From NCBI RefSeq assembly GCF_964355755.1, contig NC_092676.1, positions 20,788,871 through 20,852,870 of the forward strand: DNA of 64,000 nt. Direction: 5' to 3'. The position numbers were made by a program, and so were the translations under genes. The notes under the pieces are model-generated. The model was not told the origin of the DNA, searched no databases, and saw nothing but the letters and a program-made list of their open reading frames with translations. Below are positions 27,301-38,716 of this stretch, piece by piece; position 1 is the first letter of the stretch; the number at the start of each line of letters is the position of its first letter. The stretch comes from Antedon mediterranea (Eukaryota > Animalia > Echinodermata).

Positions 27301-28329
27301 TCCAATTAATAGTTAGTTTAATGTCTTGCCTAGCTGTCGATTAGCCTCGGACACATTTTGCATAGTGGCGTGTGTGTGAAGAAGAGTGCGCGAAGGCAAT
27401 CACGTGAATTGACCTAGAATCCTAGGCCTACTGTAGAAAGAATCGTATCGCAGTTGTTCGTGTAATCACTTCTTGTTGCTGTACGCTTGGGTGCACGCGG
27501 AACAACAAATTTAACTGATGAATTATTCATGTTTATTTTGTGACGTTTCATGAGGGGTCCCCAACTTATGTACGAAAAAAAAAAATCGCATCCCGCCTCG
27601 TGAATAAAAATACTGAAAGATGAGGGCGTATCAATTTGATCTCTGGTGCGCGTGCGTACAACTGAGGACTAGCGCTGTTTCCGCCGTACCACTGAAAACT
27701 GAAATTGAAAGAAAAAATAGTCTAAATTTCGGTGAGACAATAGATTTTTTTTGTTAAATTTAATTGTTTGTTTTGTCTTTTTTTTTAAAAAAGGAAATCA
27801 TGATATTGTTGGTGTTCTTAAGGCCAGGTGCGGGTAAAACATTTCTATTGATCATACATTCCAATAATTATCGATCTATAATTTTTTGGATTTTATTTGT
27901 GTTACATGAGCTTTTCGAAGTGTCTTAATTTACGGTTATTATACATTACATCATACATCTTAATGTTGACATTTTCCTACTTTTTCCAGCTTGCTTTGTT
28001 TGCTTAAATAAATAGCGACTCTTGTTTATATATATAAAAGTATCTCTTCGGAGATCCCGCCTCGTGAATAAAAATACTGAAAGATGAGGGCGTATCAATT
28101 TGATCTCTGGTGCGCGTGCGTACAACTGAGGACTAGTGCTGTTCCGCCGTACCACGCCGAGAATGTTAAAGAGTCGCTATCCAATCGAGTTTGAACAATA
28201 CCATGAAAGCCCCAGTGGTCTAATGGTTAGTACATCTGCATATCAAGCAAGCGGTCCGAGTTCGAGTCTCGGTTGTGGCGACGTTTTCTCATTCTCACAG
28301 ATTTCCTCCTCTTTATCGTTTCAAATTAT

Positions 28330-28369
<40 letters not shown>

Positions 28370-28827
28370 CCAAAGGCAAATTACTGAAAAAATGACAATG
28401 CTGTGGGTATCAGTGGCTGGATCTCAATGGAGATACAAAATAAAGCGAAAAGCTAAATCAAAACGAGAAGTAAAACAGACAGAAAAGTTAGCAGAGCTTT
28501 CGGGCAACACTAGCCCTTCATCAGTGCAATATATATCGTTTCAAATTAATTAATTAAATTTCAGTATATCACCGGGCGGTTTAGAATTAATGTTCTTTGC
28601 CTATTGTGTTTATATATATATATATATATATAAATAAAATAACAGCAGAAAACTTGGTTACTTCATTGTTTTAATCACTACAAATTTGTTTCGTACGACC
28701 AGCATGTAGCTGGCCGCACTCTTCAGGTGAAATATAAAACATAACATGCTGTTATTTTATTTATTTATATATTTATGCTCTACCTTGGTATTGAGCACTC
28801 TATCCAAACGGTCTGAAAATTTCAACC

Positions 28828-28897
<70 letters not shown>

Positions 28898-31472
28898 AAT
28901 GTTGATATTTCCTGTTTTATTGTACAACGTATTTGGAGCTTTCTTTGGTCGCTCATATAAAGTTAACTCTTTGTTATTGTTATAACTACAGTTTAAATTA
29001 TACAATATACCTTAATGTTGATGCTTCCAGATTCACGCTGGTGTTTAACCAACCCCTGAAGGTGTCATATTGCTTCCTATAAGTTTAAAATACAAATATG
29101 ATATCGTATATAAAATATAAACAAAAATTAAAAAACTGAAATTGAAAGAAAAAATAGTCTAAATTTCGGTGAGACAATAGATTTTTTTTTGTTAAATTTA
29201 ATTGTTTGTTTTGTTTTTTTTTTTTAAATAGGAAATCATGATATTGTTGGTGTTCTTAAAGGCCAGGTGCGGGCAAAAAATTTCTATTGATCATACATTC
29301 CAATAATTATCGATCTATAATTTTTTTGATTTTATTTGTGTTACACGAGCTTGTTGAAAATAAGCACTTTCTTATCAGTGGGGGGATAGTTCAAATTACA
29401 CAGTAAAATCTCTATTCTTTTGTACACAGATTTTGTAAATAGAGAGGCATTTAAAAAAAAAAATGAAAAATAAAATATGTGGTAAAAAATGTTATCAGAT
29501 GACTTAATATAGGCAATATAAATTGAATTTCTGGTATTTTTATTCAACTTCAGATTTTTATGATAGCAAAAAGTATCCACCGTATATCCACCATCTTTTT
29601 TCACATTTTAGGGAGTCACCAGACATGTTATTACATTTGATTAAACTACCCAACTACTGAAAAAAAAGTCTTATGTCGGAGTATGTTATCGGAATAGTAT
29701 GTAGTATGTTATGTTTAAATGTTAAAGCGCAATTCCATAGAAATTAGAATAATTAAATGTTAAATTAAATTGAAATAATTAAATAAATTGTACATAAAAT
29801 TAATTGGAATTGTAGATTGTTAATAAGAAATAAAAATTATTGTAAAAAGAAAAAAAAAGTGACTGAAACAACAATGACGATGGATTGTATTGTGGTGTTA
29901 TTTAAGTATGTAGTATTGTATTAAGTAATTGAAGTAGTAATTGTATTAAGTTATTAAGGATAAAATGAAAAATAATATGCAAAAGATTGAGGAGTTACCT
30001 AAATGAAGGGGAGAATGTTCAGAAGGTGAATACGTCAGTGTGCAATAGAGCATACTGTATTGTTCTTTGTTACACCTTTATGCAAATTAGCTATATATAA
30101 ACATTGCTCAGGTTGTTGTGCGGGGCAGTCGACAATTGAGCTTCGTGCTGGGTGTAGCCAAACAAATAAATGGAAGCTTCGGCGACACCAAACAATTATT
30201 GTGGTGATGCGTTTAATTTATGTGTTTGTCGACCAGTCAATTCAGTTTATTATAGTTGGGGCCTACGTTTGTTTTGAGACTTCGAAACACTGGTTTTTAT
30301 GGTAGAATTTTGCAAAATTTTGTATTTGATTAATTATTTTGATGAATTAACAAGATATTATATTTAAAATTCATGCCTGTACCTGAGCTTTAACGAAAGT
30401 AAATAATAACAGCATAAATATTCTGTCCGTGTTTTGAATTACGCATATTTTTTTTTAGGAATTCTTTATCATGTTTGAAATAATAGGTTATTAAAAGATA
30501 AAATTAGATTATCATTGTTAATGTCATCATAAATGTCATCATGTAAAAATAAAATTTTGCCACGTAATAGTACTTGTTACTTGTCAAAATAAATTGTTTT
30601 TTTAGGATTACTCAACAATTTATTGCAAAATCTTTACCAAAATCTCACTCACTCAATTATATTTTGGAGGCAATCCGAACCAGGGTCCCAATTCTGAACC
30701 ACTTTTAGTATTATTTCCAGACCTATCTAGTGTTAAAAGATAGTCAACTGAAATTGCATTGCTACTTGTCCAAAAAACTTTGGAGCAAGAGTTATAATTT
30801 GTGATTTGACATCAGGGGCGGACCCAGGGGCATAGTGGCAACACCCATAATTTCATACTAAATGTTGTTTCTGCCACTAAATTAAAATCACATACACATG
30901 TTTGTAGTGAAATTAGCCTAATCACACAGCATTAAGACACAAACAAAAATTGTTTCCCCGATGAAAGGAGAATTTATTTGTTTATGTACTCTCGGAGTGC
31001 CGTTCCAATTCAAATTGATACATGAGGTTGCATATATTTACAAATAATTATAACACTATTTTGAAATACAACATGTTAAACAATACAAGTTAAGCTTTAA
31101 ATATATAAATAAACAAAAAGATGCTTTTGATCTAAGATAATTGGTCAGATGTTTTGCCCTACTCTGACGTAATTTGTACGTTATACTATATATATTTGAG
31201 TACAAAGAGTAGGGCAACACATCTGACAAATTACTCAACTCCCTGACGCAAAACTACTCCATAGTAGTTAAATAATGATGATTATTATAAATAGTAACAA
31301 ACAAAATGTAATCACCAATCAATTTCAATATAATACACGTTACAACTTACGGACTGTTATCACTTGAAATGACTGTCCGATGCTTTGCTATGATTTGAAA
31401 AATATAGACGGTAACCGCACCCAGTAAAAACCAAGTAAATCTTCGCGCTAATATTGACTGAGAACTTGCCAT
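24357..31472 (-). CDS. ST8SIA: ST8Sia-like alpha-2,8-sialyltransferase, copy B, 333 aa
   Basis: Exons 31472-31351, 29076-29011, 26337-26290, 25362-24856 and 24615-24357 total 1002 nt. Sialylmotifs L, S ([23 protein letters not shown]), III (HYYD) and VS (HHMPAE) are present, plus the ST8-type C-terminal Cys. Confidence 0.92.
26674..27590. mobile_element. Non-autonomous TIR DNA transposon, about 0.9 kb
   Basis: TIRs of about 145 bp (tgcgattttttttcgtacataagttggggacccc...). The empty site is visible at 28051-28066 (gagatcccgcctcgtg), with an imperfect 7-8 bp flanking duplication atctcgcc / atcccgcc. Confidence 0.8.
28011..28180. mobile_element. Short MITE-like element with a 12-bp inverted repeat
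   Basis: atagcgactctt at 28011 pairs with aagagtcgctat ending at 28180. A second, interrupted copy starts at about 26620. Confidence 0.5.
28209..28615 (+). mobile_element. tRNA-derived SINE interrupted by a Penelope-like insert
   Basis: tRNA-like head with A box TGGTCTAATGG and B box GTTCGAGTC (28260-28268). The body matches 7695-7818 and ends in (TA)n. Confidence 0.75.
28491..28527 (-). ncRNA. Minimal type I hammerhead ribozyme motif (Penelope pLTR type)
   Basis: GCA-CUGAUGA-A-GGGC(UAGUGUU)GCCC-GAA-AGCU-C^UGC. Stem I is GCA/UGC and stem III is reduced to the palindrome AGCU. Confidence 0.7.
28675..28730 (-). ncRNA. Type I hammerhead ribozyme with a complete catalytic core
   Basis: UCAC-CUGAAGA-GUGCGGCCAGC(UACAU)GCUGGUCGUAC-GAA-ACAAAUUUGU-A^GUGA. 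Stem I is 4 bp, stem II is 11 bp, stem III is palindromic, and the cleavage triplet is GUA. Confidence 0.85.
28830..28892. repeat. (TA)n microsatellite
   Basis: About 31 TA units. Further TA tracts lie at 28335-28365 and 28611-28632. Confidence 0.95.
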
Positions 31473-32509
31473 TGAAAACTTGCTGAAAGGTGATAGCGAA
31501 ACACAAATAATCCTCTAACAGTGATGAGAACCTTTAGAAATATAATATTAGTAAAATATTTTATAAAAATAATTTAGGCTACTGCAGTGCAAAAGTAAGC
31601 GAAATCGCGGAGGAAATAAATAATTAATGTGCATAGACGACCAAACTGCGACTGCGTCCTTTTGTGTTCACTAAACCGTGAAAATGTGTTTCCTAGTAAT
31701 TGCATTATGGAACAATACCGTATACCCTAATGTTATGTATGTCCATGTAAATGATAACATTTTATTTGTTCAAACTACATAGTAAAATACAGTTAGAAAC
31801 AGGAAACAACATAGAATAATGTGAACGTACAGAGGAGAAACAAAATAATGTTTAAAATCAAATTCCAAATAACAAAGCTTGTTTCTGGTTACTACGAGTT
31901 TTTTTGTTTTTTTCCCTACTTACTATACATACACCATTATTCGTAGTTATATTCTGCTACTTCTGTATTAAACGCTATAGTTTCTGATCTGAATTTGACC
32001 GCTTGCTGAGTATTGGATAGTTCCTACTCTTGCAGGTTTCTGCTATTTCTTAATTAAAATGTATAGTAACTGAGTAGTTGCTGCATAGTTTTTGCTGTGT
32101 CTATCTTTAGAAAATGTCTGCAATTTCATCGCTAGTATAGCTAGGTGGGCTAATTAATGGTTTACATTGTACCGTACCACTTTCTTTGCTATTTGACCGA
32201 CTTGACCTGTAATTGGTTAGTTACTTCATATAGTTTCTGCTATTTCTATCTTTAGGAAATCTATTTGACCGTAGGTATAGTATTGTGGCTATGAGTTACT
32301 GCTTCCTTACATTACCGCTTTCCAGTTAAGATTGCTAGTTTTTGCTATTTGTGCGCTAAATTGGGTACTTCATAGTTTCTGCTATTTCTTTCTTTAGAAA
32401 TATCTGCTATTTGACCGTATAGCTTTCATGGCTAGTTACTGCTGACTTTAGAAAATGTCTGCTATTTGACCGCTAGTTAGCAATGACTATAATAGTTAGG
32501 CCTACTAAT

Positions 32510-32846
32510 ATTAGAGAGCTTTAGCAACGAAAACGGATACGTCACGCACACGTATTCGTTTTCGTAAGCCAGTAAAAATAGAGAGGTTTTGCAACGCTAC
32601 GAATACTAATAACGAAAACGGATACGTCACGCACACGTATTTGTTTTCGTAAGCCAGTAAAAATCTGTTTCGCTTGGGAACGAAATATTGAGGGCGCCGT
32701 CCAAAATATGACTGCGGTAAATTTAAGCGAAGCGCAGGTATGTGTTGTTGTAGTTACGAATGACTTGGGATCAGCTCAAAAGTTTCACAAATGGATGTGT
32801 GACGTATCCGTTTTCGTATTCGTAAGGTTGTGAAACCACCCTATTA
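32510..32846. mobile_element. MITE with a duplicated left end
   Basis: atagagaggttttgcaac...cgaaaacggatacgtcac pairs with gtgacgtatccgttttcg...gttgtgaaaccaccctat. The left arm is present twice (32513 and 32578). Confidence 0.65.
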
Positions 32847-33043
32847 TTAATGTATATTCGTGAATTCATATTTCTTTCATACTTTTATTGATTCGTGGTC
32901 GAACACGGTAAAATACAGTACATTATAGTTAATGTTGGCAAATAAAATATTTTGTAAAACTTGTTAAAACTTGAAATGAAACTACAGTAAGTACTTTAAC
33001 TTACAGATATGCTTACAGTACATAATAATAGTTATGTTAGTTG

Positions 33044-33520
33044 CTAATAGAAATAATTAATGAAAACATTTATTGAATGTTTAAATTTCGAACGCATATA
33101 AACAAGTGTGAACAAATACGGATTGACTGACGAGTATATAGGTATGATGAATGTTGCTGACCAAACATATATATCTTCTGGAATATCCCACCAATTCAGG
33201 TCTGAACCAATCCCCATCACTATAATCGGAAACCAGCAACAGAAGTCGGTAAAAACTATAATCATTAGTTTCCATACCAGTTCACAGTGGCTCCTGATCG
33301 CTTAACAGAGAGGAAAATCGTGACATAACTCACAGCAATTACAATAAATCCGAGAGCGTTGAATGCAATAAATATGACAATGGCATACTCCCAACCCGCT
33401 AATCGGCTTCGTGTTAGAGGCTCAGTCTGTTTGATATCATTGGACAAAAACTTACCCAAAAAATGCCGATGATGATTCTACACGTTTTGCGGTTCAGACG
33501 TTTAGTCTCCTATTTGAACA
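33044..33520 (-). pseudogene. GRL101 / relaxin-receptor-like (LGR class) GPCR fragment, TM4-TM7
   Basis: GWEYAIVIFIAFNALGFIVIAVSYVTIF (TM5), IVFTDFCCWFPI (TM6) and FIIPIYSSVNPYLFT (TM7). The fragment is frameshifted and internally deleted, with no introns seen. Confidence 0.8.
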
Positions 33521-34787
33521 AAATTAACCAAAAAGTACAAAATATGCTTCTCTGATAATTGGATTTACAGCTAATTTGATCGAGCACAAAAAAAACAAGA
33601 ATCCGTGACAGTAATAACAGGCTACAGGCAGAGCTGTTTGAAGTGCCTGACCCAGTAGTAGCAAAACCGGATGGAAATCTTAGTGAAGCTAATGTTGACA
33701 TTAGAGCTATGTTGACATTTAACTCATGTTAACACAATATTGTGCACTGTCAACTTTGGTTTGTAAATTGAACTGGTGTTTTGTTTTAGGAGTTCTGAAG
33801 TTTTCAAAGCATACCGTTAATTTTAAGACATTGTATAATAATCATTCAGGTCCAAAATTAGGTTAGTTTGTTAAAGTACAGTCGTTTACATAGCATAGAG
33901 TTAAAAATTAAATCCCTTAGAGAGGGGAAAACGTTTTCAGCATTTAACCAATTAGAATTGTTCATTCTTAAGTACGTTTAAACATGAAAACTGCAGATAG
34001 ACATATGTTACACTGATTTGTTTTTTTCTTTTGAAGTTAGAATGGTTTATCTGCAAAATTAATTACCCAGAATTCCATGTAAACGCGCTGACAAAAATAT
34101 GACAGCAGGCTCATTTCAACTAACCTTTATATGTATTATGTAATACCAAATATCGAAATAAACATATTAGAATAGCAGCAATTGGATTCAGAATTTTTAA
34201 TCGTGTTTTTTTCAAAACTTTCAAAAGTGTACTTGGACCATGTTAATTCTCGGTTGACGACATGGTTTGAAATTCTTTAATAATCTATCATCAACTTTCT
34301 TTATCTAATTAGTATACATTTGATGATGATGCATAAATAACAAAGCTGAATTAATTGTGGAGGACCTGGATTGTATTTTGTTGGGATATTTTTTTCTTTT
34401 GATGTTGTTTGCACCATTTTGCAAGTGTAGAGCGCTATAAAGCACGCTTTGACAACATTCACACGAAGACACAGACCTGTGTGTTAATGTCATTTTATTC
34501 CAAAAATGACGAATAACTTGCAGCACACTTACAACAGTTTCTTCAGAATGTACAATAGTGCTGCCCCAAACAAATTAGTTAAGTAATATTAAAAGTAAAA
34601 CAAGCAAGTATAAGATGAAGTTGGAATAAAATAGGCCTATATATAAAATCATAAAATTACTTGAGCTTGTAAAGTTAAAACAACTGACATTGGATGCCCA
34701 AAAGCCCCCACATTCATCCGAATTAAACAAAAGAAAAGGCGGAGCAAGGGATGTGAAGGCGGCCGGAATTTCTTGCAGTGGTAGTTA

Positions 34788-35275
34788 ATTCAGATTCAGA
34801 TTCGATTTATTAAGTCATTCATACATAGTACAATGATAATTGTTTCCTTGGCAGAAAAACACAAGCAAAACAATAAACACATTATTTACATTCGTGATTA
34901 ACAACAACTGATCAAGCAATATAAAATACAACAGACCTGATGACCTAACTTTGAAACTCATTGTTGCGTAGTCTAATAGCGCTAGGTAAGAATGAAAATT
35001 TATGTCTATTTGTTTTAACTGGAATTGTTGTTAATTTTCCAGATCTGGTAACTACTAACTTATTGTTGAGAATATGAGATTCATTAGATAAAATACTATT
35101 TAATTTAGATATCATTTCATCATTACACATTTGTGTGATATCTTTAATCTCGACACCAGTAATTTTGCTTGCATTCCTAACTATTCTGTTAACTCACTCA
35201 CATTTCTCTTTGTTAGCACATTTGCCAAAGTAACACAGCAAAAGCTTAATACAGATTGAATAACACTTAAGCACA
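34788..35275 (-). mobile_element. 3' end of an L2/Rex-like non-LTR retrotransposon
   Basis: C-terminal peptide KTNRHKFSFLPSAIRLRN followed by AATAAA and a (TCTGAA)n tail. Confidence 0.65.
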
Positions 35276-35412
35276 TACAAAAGAAACAGATCTTAAACAA
35301 CTATAATAGTAAAACCAAACATAGCAAAAATTACAAAACTACTCAACGGAGCATACAGGTAAAACATTGTTGACTTTCCTTAAGCAATAAAGAAATTGAA
35401 TTGAATTGAATT

Positions 35413-35553
35413 AAGCTCTGCATACACTATCAAACTAGTTTGACAAAAAAGGTGTGATGTGCCCATATATGGTAGTGATTTGACATCATCATGTTCATGT
35501 ATGGGAACATCACATTTTTTTGTCACATCAAGTTTTAGAGTGTAGACAAGGCT
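35413..35553. mobile_element. Palindromic MITE (Harbinger-like)
   Basis: aagctctgcatacactatcaaac pairs with gttttagagtgtagacaaggctt, with inner arms tgacaaaaaa..tgtgatgt / acatcacattttttgtca and TTA/TAA flanks. Confidence 0.65.
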
Positions 35554-35776
35554 TTATTCAAGTTAAGAATATAATTATGATTCTATAGTCGAAATCGGCG
35601 GATGTGTGTGAAGAACATTGAGAGAGATTCTTATCGGAAAGTTCAATAGTTTTAAAGTCTAAGGTTGAACATTGAAAAACACATGTGATATTATTGCATA
35701 TAATGTTGTTGTTATTTGTTGGATTACACACAAAAGGTACCACTTATAATTAAAGCAATGTTTACACCCTACCCAT

Positions 35777-38716
35777 TCAAGCAATTCTACATCTATCTGA
35801 AACTAAACGAATGGTTCGATTTTTATTTAATGATGTTAAAAGTTCGTATTCGGCTGGCATGTGGTGATTAGTGGTATAATTCAGTGTCCTGTTGTCGTAG
35901 TAATGATGTTTTAACGGTTGGCCACTCGGTGATTTATAAAATGGATAAAAACCATATAACGAAACATATCGACACATTGACCCAGCTGCTGTATACATGA
36001 TTAACCCAAGCGATGGGTTTCTTATTTTCCAAAATCTGAAAAAAAAAAAAAAACTCATTTGTTGTAGGCTATGAAGAAAATTATATTTATGCATGCATAA
36101 TTTAATGTGCTGATGTCAATTTACTCCTGTAATCTTTAATTATGTTCATTTTCAGTATGCATTATCATTATTTTACTGGTTGAACATTCTTGTAAGAAAC
36201 GTTAAATCCCCAGCTCAAATCCACTGTCTTACAAAAACGGAAGTTACTGAAAGAATAGTAAGATTAAGATGATACTTACTTTGTAACTAGTGGTAGTATA
36301 CCTCGGTACGAATATACAATTCTAACTGTTAAATTATTCTGTTTGATACCTGCTACAAGATTATGTGCGTAACTTATATTCTTTTCTACGTTCAATTTAG
36401 AAATCCATATATACGTATCATGTAGCTCTTTAAACGTCTCGTATAAAGTTCTGTAGCAACTATTTGAAGTGTTTGTTAGACATAAACCGCTTTCGATACT
36501 GGCGGCCTCATTGAGCACCATCATATCTATTTTACTACCAACGTCTTGTTCAAAACCAATAGTTTGTGCAAGATTTCCTCTAAAAACAAAGTCGTGTTCA
36601 TCTATTTCACGTCCACAACTGCTGTTTAGTAGAATACCAGCACTGCCTACAACTGCACAGGTTCCTTGCATAGGAATACTGTCGATACCTTCTGGTAATT
36701 TTGTCCTTCGTTTTTTCTGTTTGAAGCCATCTTTGTAAATTAGTGTTAATAGAGACGGTTTGAATCCAGCCTTCTGAAGTCGTTTTCTGTAATAGAAATA
36801 AAAACATATACATTCTGGGCTTATAATTGAATTAAAAAAAACTCTAGACAGGCATGTTCAAATTCAGTTGCATACTTTTCGTTCTCTTTGTTAGAAGCAA
36901 ACCATTTTTATTTAATTCGAACTGTCAATTTTACATGTAAAATCAGTATAAAAAAAGTATAATATAGTACTTCAATAAAAACACTTCAATATTATTAGTA
37001 TGAGACTTTGGTCTTTTTGTTTTTCAAATCACCCTAAAATCAGACTTTGAATCGGCCATTTTTCACTTTTAATAAAGTTATTCACTTCCTTAAAAAAAAA
37101 ACGAACAAAATAATGCATTAATTTATTACAATTTACATTACATGTACTGATAATCAATTTGAATATTTTTAATTTTGTTATTTATAGTTATACCTTTTTG
37201 TTCTGTGTCAAATTACAATAATAATCTAGTTTGTGTAATTAATATTCAAATAGATTTATCAAATGAATCCGTATCTTGTAAAAAAGCCACAAAGAGCATT
37301 ATAATATTACACGGTATACAACAAAAGAAGGCTGCAATATAAGCGCGTAGGAAAAATGGAAACATCTTTATAGTCAAGTTCTATTTGTAGGAAGGTATAA
37401 TGCCACCGTGTATTATGAACAGTGATATGATTAACATATCCAGTAAAAACGAAAACAAAGACTTACCTCATATCTAATGCTTTACTTTCTTTAATATGAT
37501 TAATCAATACTTTCCTACAAAAAAAATATCAAATTGGTCAATGGATTTTTAGTTGAATTTAACCATTTATTTTGTCATTTTACAAGTGAAAACATTATTT
37601 TTTTCGTATTTTTTCTATGGAAGTGATTAACTTTATTAAAAATACAAAATGACATTCAAAGTCTGATTTAATTAATCTTCATTTTTCATGTTTTTGGGGA
37701 CAATACATCTTTAATGTTGATATTTCCTGTTTTATTGCACAACGCATTTAGAGCTTGCTTTGGTCGCTCATATAAACTTAACTTATTGTTATTATTATAA
37801 CTACAGTTTACACATTATATAATATGCTACCTTAATGTTGATATTTCCAGATTCACGTTGGTGTTTAACAAGCACCTGAAGGTGCCATGTTGTTTCCTAA
37901 AATACAAAAATGAAAAAAAAAATAAATAAAAAATTGAAATTCAAAGAAAAAATAGTCAAAGTGTCGGTCAGAGAATGGATATTTGGTTTAATTTAGTTGT
38001 AATTATTTAGTTTGTCTTTTTATAAAGAAAATCATGATATTGCCTACGAAAGTGAATAAGAATAGTATATTCAAAGTCCGTGTTGAACAACCGTGTTGTG
38101 AGAATTATTATGCACATTTCGTTTAGAATTTGTTTACGAGGTTGGAAATGGTAGTGTATTAAAAGATAACATTAAAAATGCATTGAAAGAATTATTAATG
38201 TCATCCGGAAATATTTAATAGAATTTATTTCTAAATTTATTTAATTTTGTGTATAACAAAATTTATATTAAATAATATTTCATATAATTGTTCTATAACT
38301 CGGGTCACTGGTTAATCGGAAAATGTACTGTTTTAAGTTCTAAGCCACCAAGCCGTTTTATTATTATCATAAACTAAACAATTATACATGAGGTTATATA
38401 CATTGACAAAGTTGATTTAAACCATCTAATAACACTATTTTGAAATACAGTATGTTAACAGTACAAGTGAAGCTTTAAATATATAATAAACTTTAGCAAA
38501 AGATACTTTTGATATAAGATAATGATGTTGATTATTATTAAAATACTAATATTAATCAACAATCCATTTCAACATAATAAACACAACAACTTACGGACTG
38601 TTATCGCTTGAAATGACTGTCCGATGCTTTGCTATGATTTGAAAAATATGGACGGTAACCGCACCCAGTAAAAACCAAGTAAATCTTCGCATTAACATTG
38701 ACTGTGTTCTTGCCAT
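35777..38716 (-). CDS. ST8SIA: ST8Sia-like alpha-2,8-sialyltransferase, copy C (near-identical to A), 333 aa
   Basis: Exons 38716-38595, 37896-37831, 37514-37467, 36786-36280 and 36035-35777. All sialylmotifs are present and the frame is open. Confidence 0.92.

Noticed and set aside
28209-28281. Functional tRNA gene
   Set aside because: The acceptor and anticodon stems are mismatched, and it continues into a repeat body found elsewhere, so it is a SINE head.
29341-30330. Possible LINE remnant in intron 1 of copy B
   Set aside because: Only vague peptide hints were seen, with no diagnostic motif.
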